A stretch of 64,000 nucleotides of DNA from assembly GCA_964016885.1 (NCBI GenBank), contig OZ024741.1:224812001-224876000 (forward strand), read 5' to 3'. The first letter of the stretch is position 1. The number at the start of each line of letters is the position of its first letter. Source of the DNA: Eledone cirrhosa (taxonomy: Eukaryota). Of this stretch, positions 39,001-49,000 are shown piece by piece. Made by a program: the position numbers and the translations under genes. The notes below the pieces were generated by a model. The model ran no database searches. It saw nothing but the letters and a program-made list of their open reading frames with translations, and was not told the DNA's origin.

Positions 39001-42000
39001 TGATTGGTTGGTTGGCGTTTGTGGTGGTTAGTATTGTTGTTGATTGGTTGGGGTTTGTGGTGGTTAGTATTGTTGATGTTGATTGGTTGGGATTTGTGGG
39101 GGTTAGTATTTTTGTTGTTGATTGGATTGGGTTGGTGGTGGTTAGTATTGTTGTTGATTGATTGGGGTTGTGGTCGTTAGTATTGTTGTTGTTGATTGGT
39201 TGGCATTTATGGTGGTTAGTATTCTTGTTGTTGAAGGGTTGGGGTTTGTGGTGGTTAGTATTGTTGTTGTTGATTGGTTGGGGTTTTTGGTGGTTAGTAT
39301 TGTTGTTGATTGGTTGGGGTTTGTGGTGGTTAGTATTGTTGTTGTTGATTGGTTGGCGTTTGTGCGGGTTAGTATTGTTGTTGTTGATTGGTTGGGATTT
39401 GTGGTGGTTAGTATTGTAGTTGTTGATTGGTTGGGGTTTGTTGTGGTTAGTATTGTTTTTGTTGATTGGTTGGGGTTGGTGGTGGTTAGTATTGTTGTTG
39501 TTGATTGGTTGGGATTTGTGGTGGTTAGTATTGTTGTTGTTGATTGGTTGGGGTTTGTGGTGGTTAGTATTGTTGTTGATTGTTTGGGGTTTCTGGTGGT
39601 TAGTATTGTTATGTTGATTGGTTGGTGTTAGTGGTGGTTAGTATTGTTGTTGTTGATTGGTTGGGGTTTGTGGTGGTTAGTATTGTTGTTGATTGGTTGG
39701 GGTTTGTGGTGGTTTGTATTGTTGTTGTTGTTTGGTTGGGGTTAGTGGTGGGTAGTATTGTTGTTGTTGATTGGTTGGGATTAGTGGTGGTTAGTATTGT
39801 TGCTGTTGATTGGTTGGGGTTTGTGGTGGGTAGTATTGTTTTTGTTGATTGGTTGGGGTTTGTGGTGGTTAGTATTGTTGTTGTTGATTAGTTGGGGTTT
39901 GTGGTGGTTAGTATTGTTGTTGATTGGTAGGGGTTTGTGGTGGTTAGTATTGTTGTTGTTGATTGGTTGGGGTTTGTGGTGGTTAGTATTGTTGTTGTTG
40001 ATTTGTTTGGGTTTGTGGTTGTTAGTATTGTTGTTGTTGATTGGTTGGGGTTGGTGGTGGTTAGTATTGCTGTTGATTGGTTGGGGTTTGTAGTGGTTAG
40101 TATGGTTGCTGTTGATTGGTTGGGGTTTGTGGTGGGTAGTATCGTTGTTGTTTATTGGTTGGGGTTTGTGGTGGTTAGTATTGTTGTTGTTGATTGGTTG
40201 GGGTTTGTGGTGGTTAGTATTGTTGTTATTGATTGGTTGGGGTTTGCGGTGGTTAGTATTGTTGTTGATTGGTTGGTGTTTGTGGTGGCTAGTATTGCTG
40301 CTGTTAATTGGTTGAGGTTTGTGGGGGTTAGTATTGTTGTTGATTGGTTGGGGTTTGTGGTGGTTAGTATTGTCATCGTTGATTGGTTGGGGTTTGGGGG
40401 TGTTAGTATTGTTGATGTTTATTGGTTGGGGTTGGTGGTGGTTAGTATTGTTGTTGTTGATTGATTGGGGTTGGTGGTGGTTAGTATTGTTGTTGATTGG
40501 TTTGTTGGGGTTTGTGGTGGTTATTATTGTTGTTGATTGGTTGGGGTTTGTGATGGTTAGTATTGTTGATGTTGATTGGTTGGGATTTGTGGGTGTTAGT
40601 ATTGTTGTTGTTGATTGGATGGGGTTGGTGGTGGTTAGTATTTTTGTTGTTGATTGGTTGGGGTTTGTGGTGGTTAGTATTGTTGTTGTTGATTGGTTGG
40701 GGTTTGTGGTGGTTAGTATTGTTGTTGTTGATTGGTTGGGGTTGGTGGTGGTTAGTATTGCTGTTGATTGGTTGGGGTTTGTAGTGGTTAGTATGGTTGC
40801 TGTTGATTGATTGGGGTTTGTGGTGGGTAGTATTGTTGTTGTTTATTGGTTGGGGTTTGTGGTGGTTAGTATTGTTGTTGTTGATTGGTTGGTGTTTGTG
40901 GTGGTTAGTATTGTTGTTGATTGGTTGGGGTTTGTGGTGGTTAGTATTGTTGTTGTTGATTGGTTGGGGTTTGTGGTGGTTAGTATTGTTGTTGTTGATT
41001 GGTTGGGGTTTTTGTTGGTTAGTATTGTTGTTGATTGGTTGGGGTTTGTGGTAGTTAGTATTGTTGTTTATTGGTTGGTTGGGGTTGATGGTGGTTAGTA
41101 TTGTTGTTGATTGGTTGGGGTTTGTGGTGGTTAGTATTGTTGTTGTTGATTGGTTGGTTGGTGTTTGTGGTGGTTAGTATTGTTGTTGTTGATTGGTTGG
41201 TGTTTGTGGTGGTTACTATTTTTGTTGATTGGTTGGACTTTGTGGTGGCTAGTATTGCTGCTGTTAATTGGTTGGGGTTTGTGGCGGTTCGTATTGTTGT
41301 TGATTGGTTGGGGTTTGTGATGGTTAGTATTGTTGTTGTTGACTGGTTGGAGTTAGTGGGTGTTAGTATTGTTGATGTTGATTGGTTGGGGTTGGTGGTG
41401 GTTAGTATTGTTGTTGTTGATTGGTTGGGGTTGGTGGTGGTTAGTATTGTTGTTGATTGGTTGGTTGGGGTTTGTGGTGGTTATTATTGTTGTTGATTTC
41501 TTGGGGTTTGTGGTGGTTAGTATTGTTGTTGTTGATTGGTTGGGATTTGTGGGGGTTAGTATTGTTGATGTTGATTGGTTGGGGTTTGTGGTGGTTAGTA
41601 TTGTTGTTGATTGGTTGGGGCTTGTGGCGGTTAGTATTGTTGTTGTTGATTGGTTGGGGTTTGTGGGGGTTAGTATTGTTGATGTTGATTGGTTGGGGTT
41701 TGTGGTGGTTAGTATTGTTGTTGATTGGTTGGGGTTTGTGGTGGTTAGTATTGTTGTTGTTGATTGGTTGGTGTTTGTGGGTGTTATTATTGTTGTTGTT
41801 GATTGGTTGGGGTTTGTGGTGGTTAGTATTGCTGTTGATTGGTTGGAGTCTGTGGTGGTTAGTATCGTTGTTGATTGGTTGGGGTTTATGGTGGTTAGTA
41901 TTGTTGTTGATTGGTTGGGGTTTGTGGTGGTTAGTATTGCTGTTGTTGATTGGTTGGGGTTTGTGGTGGTTAGTATTACTGTTGTTGATTGGTTGGGGTT

Positions 42001-42180
42001 TGTGGTGGTTAGTATTGTTGTTGTTGATTGGTTGGTGTTTGTGGTGGTTAGTATTGTTATTGTTGATTGGTTGGGGTTGGTGGTGGTTAGTATTGTTGTT
42101 GTTGATTGGGGTTGGTGGTGGTTAGTATTGTTATTGACTGTTTGGGGTTTGTGGTGGTTGGTATTGCTGATGTTGATTGG
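1..42180. repeat. 39-bp GT-rich tandem repeat array (mini/satellite), consensus GATTGGTTGGGGTTTGTGGTGGTTAGTATTGTTGTTGTT, ~1,100 copies, open at the left window edge
   Basis: The unit is read directly and continuously. Length variants come from loss of one GTT (36 bp), an extra GGTT, or 1-bp loss. The + strand is almost C-free. Copy number is estimated as length/unit. Confidence 0.98.
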
Positions 42181-43160
42181 TTCATCGATTTGTTCGTTGT
42201 TGTTGTTTGTGGTGGTTGTTTATTGTGGTTGTTGTTGTTTGTGGATGTTGTTTGTTGTTGTTTTTGGTTGTTGTTGTTGGTGGTTGATGTTGGTTGTTGT
42301 TGTTTGTTGTTGTTTGTTGTTTGTGTTGGTTGGTTGTTGCTGTTGGTGGTTGTTGGTTGTTGTAGTTGGTCGTTATTGGTTGTTGCTGTTTGTGGTTGTT
42401 CTTTTTTGTGGTTGTTGGTTGTTGGTGTTTGTGGTTGTTGGTTGTTGTGTTTCTGCTTGTTGTTGTTGTTGTTGTTGTTTGTTGTTGTTGTTTGTGGTTG
42501 TTGGTTGTTGTTGTTGTGTGTGGTTGTTGTTTGTTCTTGTTTGTGGTTGTTGGTAGTTGTTTTTTGTGGTTGTTGTTGTATATGGTTGTTGTTGTTTGTG
42601 GTTGTTGTTTGTTGTTGTTTGTGATTGTTGGGTGTTATTGTGTGTGGTTATTGGTTGTTGTTGCTGATTGTTGTTGGTTGTTGTTGGTGGTTGTTGTTAT
42701 TGGTTGTTGTTGTTCTTGTTGTTCTCTTTTGTTGTTGGTTGTTGGTAGTGGTTTGTAGTGGTTGTTGTTTGAGGTTGTTGGTTGTTGTTTGTGGTTGTAG
42801 TTATTGTTAGTGGCAGTTGTGGCATGTGGCTATTGATTGCTTTGCTGGTTGTTGGTAGTTGTTGGTGATTGTTGTTGTTTTTGGTAGAGGTGGGGTTGAT
42901 TGTTAGTTGTTGGTTGATGCTGGTTGTTGTTGTTGGCGGTGTTGATAATAATGGTAGTGGCAGCTGCTGTGTTTGGTGTTGTTGTGGTTTTGTGTTGGGA
43001 GCTGTTGTTGTTGTTGTTGGTGGTGGTGGTAGTGATGGTGAGTGTGGTGTTAGAGATGGTGGTTGGGGTTGTGAGTGTTGTGCTGGCTGGGGTGTGGGTG
43101 TTGTGGTGGCTGGGGTTGTGGGTGTTGTGGTGGCTAGGGTTGTGGGTGTTGTGGTGGTGG
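42181..43160. repeat. Degenerate (GTT)n/(GGT)n low-complexity tract bordering the 39-bp array; includes three copies of a ~24-bp unit GGCTGGGGTTGTGGGTGTTGTGGT at ~43085-43157
   Basis: The 39-bp periodicity is lost after ~42180, but GTT triplets and the strand bias continue. Confidence 0.9.
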
Positions 43161-43197
43161 ATCTACGCCCCTTCCTTTTATGTAATGTTCTTTAGAA

Positions 43198-43318
43198 AAG
43201 CACACAAACATGCGCACACAGACAAACACAAACACACCCACATCCATGTATCCAGACATACATACACACGCACATACCTATGTGCACATACATACATTAT
43301 ACATACAAACACTCACAT
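43198..43318. repeat. Degenerate (CA)n/(CATA)n microsatellite
   Basis: Direct reading of cacacaaacatgcgcacacagacaaacac... Confidence 0.8.
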
Positions 43319-43321
43319 TAA

Positions 43322-43364
43322 TAGGAGCGTCATAGTAACATAGTATGTCACTACGGCGCTCCTA
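43322..43364. other. 43-bp near-perfect palindrome bounded by TA; possible collapsed MITE (TIRs only)
   Basis: TAGGAGCGTCATAGTAACATA-G-TATGTCACTACGGCGCTCCTA: 21-bp arms, 18/21 complementary, all mismatches are transitions. Confidence 0.6.
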
Positions 43365-43897
43365 CGATTGCTTCTGTAGTTACAGGTCCATACATGCAAC
43401 TCTGATCGATTAGAACTATGATCAAAGACGTCCTAGTCATGACCATCCTGTTTTTTTAAACAAGATATTATGTATGCAGTACTACATTATTCATTGAATA
43501 TTGAAGGATAATTTAGCTGTTCCTTCTAGCATGTTGAGTAAAGGCATCTAGCATGTAAAAACTTCTTTGTTAAGTGGGTTGCTACTAGTTGCTCGTAGTT
43601 GCTTTGGTCATGAAATGACAAAATGATGGCTGACGGACATTTATCAAGAAAATGTAAAAGGAGATAATATTTCACAGATTTTGATGCCACACCCAATCCG
43701 AGAGAACCATATTCATATCTATCTATGTGTATGTGTGTATGTATGTGCATGTGTATATCAGTGTAAGTGTATCTGTATGCATGCATATATATACGTGCTT
43801 GTGTACTAAACTGGTATTATCAGTTTTTTTTATACATACATGTATCCCCAAACCCACCAATACACGAACACGTATTGAACAAACACACACAGAAACA

Positions 43898-43936
43898 TGT
43901 ATGTATGTATGTATGTATGTATGTATGTATGTATGT
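43898..43936. repeat. (TATG)n microsatellite, 5' flank of the RTE-derived element
   Basis: Direct reading. Confidence 0.95.
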
Positions 43937-44545
43937 CAGGTCACCAGTTGGTGCTACTGGTAACATGTATCCCAGTACAACCTGTCTCATGGTCGGGTCG
44001 TTGGCGACTAAACTGGCAACCCCACCAAGGTTTCTTGGTGAGGAGGGTGACTTTGGACATCCTGCAGGACTAAAAACAAAACCTGTCAAAGGTCAAAGGA
44101 GCTCTTAAGAGTCAATGGCCATCCAAAATCACCGGGAGAGATGACCCCTTAGCCTTAGTCAAGGTAGAATTCTAGGAGAAGGAAAACTCTGATATAACAC
44201 CTGCAACCCTGATGATATCCAATGATGTTGACTTGTTCTTCTTTTTGGTAAATATCATCTTGGTTAAGAGAGTGGGACTGGCTTTGTGCAGTGCCTTTGC
44301 TCACTATAAAAGCTTCACGGCACAGGCATTGCTTTATATCTGGAGATCTCTCTGCATTTGTCGTCACATGGTACCATGGGCCCAGCACTATGTGTCAATA
44401 ATTGTCACAAGTGTAGTGTTTGTACCAGAGTTTTGAAGTCGCTGGTTAGACTAAAAAGTCACACTCGTTCAGCGTATCGGTAGGGGTTCTCCTACATGGA
44501 TATAAAGTAGTGGCCGTACTCGAAAACGAGTTGGCAGCCACCATG
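43937..44545 (+). mobile_element. Internally deleted, non-autonomous RTE-clade (BovB-like) retroposon: 5'UTR-like region fused to the extreme 3' end
   Basis: 44403-44483 translates CHKCSVCTRVLKSLVRLKSHTRSAYR*, a decayed form of the C-terminal CxxC..S..GL.SH.R.H zinc finger of RTE-BovB ORFs. A short 3'UTR (..GTACTCGAAAACGAG..) and a (TATG)n tail follow. The upstream part contains GGAGAAGGAAAACTCTGA, a motif I recall from RTE 5'UTRs. No EN/RT core is present. Confidence 0.65.
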
Positions 44546-44838
44546 TATGTATGTATGTATGTATGTATGTATGTATGTATGTATTTATGTATGTATGTAT
44601 GTATGCATGTATGTATGTATGTATGGATGTATGCATGTATGTATGTATGTAAGTATGGATGTACGCATCTATGTATGTATGTATGTATGTATGTATGTAT
44701 GTATGTGTGTATGTAAGTATCTACACTCATACTAAAGTATACAGACCGACATGAATATATAGGCGTATACAAGTAAATAAAAATGTATTGATGCGTGCAT
44801 ACATATACATATACGTATGTATGTATATATGTATGTAA

Positions 44839-44897
<59 letters not shown>

Positions 44898-44904
44898 CAT
44901 ATAT

Positions 44905-44956
<52 letters not shown>
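44543..44956. repeat. Compound microsatellite: (TATG)n 44543-~44715, (TA)n ~44843-44882, (CA)n ~44907-44954
   Basis: Direct reading. Confidence 0.95.
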
Positions 44957-44960
<4 letters not shown>

Positions 44961-45048
44961 TTATTAAAATAACAGATTAAAGTTTAAACCAAAAATCGCT
45001 GCTTTCACTATTAACGGGATCTTCTGAAACTAAAATAAATCAATATAT

Positions 45049-45239
45049 ATAACGGCGATGAATTAGTTTTGCGAGGTTTTTTTTTATATGAAATCGTGTG
45101 TCGAAACAAATGTTGTCATATTTGGGGAGGGTCATATTTGTGTAATATTGCCAGAATTAATAACAGAACACACTCACTGTTTGGTTGGTTTTCGCTTTTC
45201 GCTTCTGTGTCTTTTATATCGGTAATCTAATTTATTCGG
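45049..45239 (-). repeat. Inverted copy of the PLE 5'UTR/ORF start (45947-46132)
   Basis: ataacggcgatgaattagttttgcgagg...taatctaatttattcgg is the reverse complement of ccgaataaattagatta...cctcgcaaaactaattcatcgccgttat, with a few small indels. Confidence 0.95.
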
Positions 45240-45820
45240 ATGTACAGAGGGTACTTGCAGAAACATGACAACAACATACATAGGCAAGACAGTTCGTAGC
45301 ATAGGTGAAAGGATAGACCAACACTGGGGGGAACTAAAAGGACAAAAAAACGGGTCAGTACTATACGAACATGCCAGACAACAACACAACGGTAACATAG
45401 ACAACATAGAAATTAGAATAATATCTAAACATAGAAATGACCCAGCAGATAGGCAAATCAGAGAGGCCAGTGAAATAGAACTTAGAAGGCCAAGGCTAAA
45501 CAGAAAGAATGAATGGAATAACAACAACACCCAAACAAACAACACTGACCTAAGAGAAGTATAAATAAATAAATAGATAAATAAATAAATAAATACATAC
45601 ACAAGCACAATAACAACAAACACATATAAACACACACTAGTAAAGATAGAATACATTAACCAATACACAGTCACCCAATCACGAACACACATCAAACAAA
45701 ACACTATACATACACGCAAACGCATGCGCAAAGAAGACAAAATAAAATAAAGAAATAAATAAATATATAAACAGACTAAATAAAGATGGCGTAGAAAATA
45801 CAATGTAACGGGAGGAAACA

Positions 45821-45874
45821 ATAGCACCACTGACGATGTTGCAGATGTGCAACGAAAGAACTTTGATAAACTAT
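45821..45874 (+). ncRNA. Minimal type I hammerhead ribozyme motif in the upstream pLTR
   Basis: ATAGCACCA-CTGACGA-T-GTTGCA(GATG)TGCAAC-GAAA-GAAC-TT-TGATAAACTAT: CUGANGA and GAAA cores, a 6-bp stem II, a vestigial stem III and an interrupted stem I (ACCA/TGAT, ATAG/CTAT). Minimal hammerheads are an established feature of PLE pLTRs. Confidence 0.8.
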
Positions 45875-45967
45875 ATATATGTGTTTGTGTCTATATTGTA
45901 TCTGTATTATTTTTGACCGTTGGTCAGTCAATGGCAACATTGAGGACCGAATAAATTAGATTACCGA

Positions 45968-45974
45968 TATAAAA
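45968..45974 (+). promoter_or_regulatory. Candidate TATA box of the pLTR promoter
   Basis: TATAAAA lies ~80 bp upstream of the ORF ATG (46049) and downstream of the hammerhead. Motif match only. Confidence 0.4.
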
Positions 45975-46048
45975 GACAGAAGCGAAAAGCGAAAACCAAC
46001 CAAACAGTGAGTGTGTTCTGTTATTAATTCTGGCAATATTACACAAAT

Positions 46049-49000
46049 ATGACCCTCCCCAAATATAACAATATTTGTTTCGACACACGATTTCATATCA
46101 AAAACCTCGCAAAACTAATTCATCGCCGTTATGGCATTAGCTTGTGCCAAGCTGAAAGGTTATTGAAAGACACTGTTTTCTGTTATATAAAATCTACAAT
46201 AACAACAGAACAAATCCGCTTCTTAAAACACTTTGTTTCCTCCAAAATATACACAACAAACATATCAAAACAAGTAAATAATTTATTATTGAACAAAACA
46301 CAAGCTGAACGACTAAAACACACAATAACAGTTAATATGAAAAGAACAACATACAAAAAAGTCAACGAACTTTACAGACAGAAACGCATTAACGGTAAGG
46401 AAGTCCAAAATCTCGCCACACCAAACGAAAGGGATGACTTCATGAGCGTCATCCGACGTGAAACGAAATACGCTCGAAACGAATGCAATAGGCATTTCAA
46501 TAAGAAATTAGAATGGATGAATAAGAAAAAACTACAAGAAAGGAAAATAGAATATTCTCAAAAATACCCAGATAACATCAACAATATCCGTATGACTGAT
46601 GTAAAACTACCGGAAGAATTTACCAATGACCACACAGTAAATATTTATGGGAACACTTTAATCAGTGAACAAGAACAACAAATCCTGCAGCTACCACCAA
46701 AATTTGCCATCTACAAAAAGATTAACCATATTGAGTGCAAAACGGAGCTGGAAAAGTGTTTCACAAAAATACGTTGGAATGCAAAAGTAAACAACAACAA
46801 CAACAATAATAACGGTAGTAGTAATATAAACAATAACTCTGAGTATAGAAATAACAGCTATAATAGTAATAGCCATAACAATAACAATAGCAGGAAAGTG
46901 ATAAATAGTAATAATGGTAATAATACTAACGATAGACAGAACAACAACAACAACCACAATAATAATAATAATAGAAACATTAACTACAGACACAGCAGCA
47001 GCGACCACAGTAGTAATAACGGTAACAATACGAACAACAACAACAACAACCACAGTGGTAATAATGGAAATAATACATGACACAACAAAAACAAGAAACA
47101 TAATAAAAGTAACAACCACAATGGTAGAAATAACAGTAACAACAACAATAAAGGTGAAGTAAACAACAATCACAGCAACAATACATCTAGCAATCATAAC
47201 AACAATACATCTAATAATCACAGCAACAATACATCTAGCAATCATAACAACAATACATCTAACAATCACAGCAACAATACATCTAGTAATCATAACAACA
47301 ATACATCTAACAATCACAGCAACAATACATCTAGCAATCATAACAACAATAATAATGCTAATGATAGGAACAACAACAACCACCATAATAACAATAATAA
47401 CAACACACACAACTATGACGATAGATATAATGACAACCCCTAAGAGAAACTATTTTTCAACCCAGCTGACAAAACATATAAGATGGGTAATATCTATCCT
47501 ACGAGGTTACCCTTTAATAAAAGAGTTTGCGTACCACAACAAATAGATGACGAGACAGGCACAGTTCACCATAGCTAGAAATAAGATTAGACAAATAGTA
47601 GACCGGTATACTAAGAGGCAGAGAAGACCAGAAGCCCAACAACTTGGGAGGAAACCTGTAGAAGGCTTGGTTAGCCTCAACCAGCGCACAAGGGATGGTG
47701 AGGTAGTATGTCTACCCACGGATAAGTCTGGTAGGATGTCAATAGATAGCATGCCGAACTACATCAAGGCTATGCAACCCCACATCACCAACACGAGCGA
47801 GATTGCACAGCAAATACATGCTGGGAGAGAGAAAACCCTCAACGCTCACATGATGATGTGGAACGACATCCTAAAGCCAAGCAGACGCACTGCCAACAAC
47901 TTCCAGGCGTCTAACAATGGCATACCACCCTTGTATGGGCTCCGCAAAGACCACAAGACAGTCGACGACCCGACAACAGGACCACCAACAAGATCTGTAT
48001 GCGGAGCAAATATAGCTAGCAACTACAGGATCTCCTACTCCCTCTCAATGGTTATACGCCCCATAATCAAGATGTCCCCAGATGTATGTGACAGTACAGA
48101 GGACCTCCTCAGCAGAATCAGTGAGTGCAACAAAAACAGGAACCTATCCAACTGCATAATAGGCAGCATGGATGTGGTATCACTGTACCCATCCATTAAC
48201 ATTGATTTTGCTGTGGAAAAATGTGTGGAGATGATCATTGAGAGTGAGGTGGAGTTCTGCGACGTCGACACAGACGAACTGGGCCTCCTACTTAGACTTA
48301 CCTACGACACTGACTACCTAGACAGCCATGACCTTAGATATTTCTGCCCCAGTAGACCCATAAGAGGTAGACCTCCCACCATAACCTCAATGGCTAAAAA
48401 GACTCCCATGGGAAGGTGGATTGGGTGGACCAAAGCTATACGGACCCCCAAAACAATGATCAGGTAAGAAAAATGGTCGCACATGCAATAGGGGCTAGTA
48501 TCAAAACTACCCTAAAGGGCCACATATTCAAGTTCAACGAGAAGATCTACACCCAAAATGAGGGAGCAGCCATTGGCGTCAGCATAGCTGGTGATGTTGC
48601 CAACCTTTTTATGGTATGGTGGGAAAGGAGACTTAAAGATCTCCTTAATGAGAGCTCCATAGACCTCATCATGTACTCTCGTTATATAGACGATATCAAT
48701 ATAGTTATAAGAACATCCCCACTAGAGAGCACTAACAAGTTTGATTTAGAACGTAGCACAATGGAAAGCATCCAGCAGATAGCTAATTCCATACACCAGA
48801 GTATAACTGTAACTATCGACTTCCCTTCCAAACACCCTAACAATAGACTACCTGTATTAGACACGGAACTCTGGATTAACACTATAGACGAGAGAGCCCA
48901 AATTCTCCACTCACACTATGCTAAACCCGTGGCCTCCAAATACCTGATACTCAAAAACTCAGCAATGTCCAGTAGTGCTAAGTTTAATATTCTGATCGCA

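Larger units (their letters stand above)
45239..46074 (+). repeat. Upstream pseudo-LTR of the PLE; contains the undeleted C-terminal GIY-YIG coding segment (ORF 45265-45564), 3'UTR, hammerhead, putative promoter and ORF start
   Basis: Begins gatgtacagagggtacttgcag, identical to 49515. Translation: YIGKTVRSIGERIDQH...SVLYEHARQQH...RQIREASEI...LNRKNEW. Confidence 0.93.

Noticed and set aside
1-42180. Telomere or alternative telomeric repeat
   Set aside because: TTAGGG occurs only as sporadic variants, and the G-strand polarity points into unique sequence rather than toward the open end.
1-43343. Hundreds of ORFs encoding W/L/V/G-rich 'membrane' or N/H/T-rich peptides
   Set aside because: They are translations of a 39-bp (13-codon) repeat and the adjacent (GTT)n tract. 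Frames switch at random indels and stops are scattered, with no splice or gene context.
43526-44956. Short ORFs rich in Y/I/H/T/C/V/M (also 50312-51433, 63627-63893 and the antisense ORFs over the PLE)
   Set aside because: These are microsatellite translations or shadow frames with no recognisable domain.
44985-45035. Hammerhead-like CAGAAGA...GAAAGCAGC on the minus strand
   Set aside because: The core is mutated and no convincing stem II or stem I can be drawn.
47078-47080. In-frame TGA as selenocysteine or programmed readthrough (as in some Naiad PLEs)
   Set aside because: It lies in a low-complexity linker, not at a Cys position. The same copy has a TAA and two frameshifts, so ordinary decay (e.g. 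CGA>TGA) is simpler.
46790-47440. Origin of the 39-bp satellite (minus strand reads NNNNTNHHKPQPI) from the PLE Asn-rich insert
   Set aside because: The similarity is only shared AAC-rich composition; no 39-mer or distinctive sub-motif is found in the PLE.
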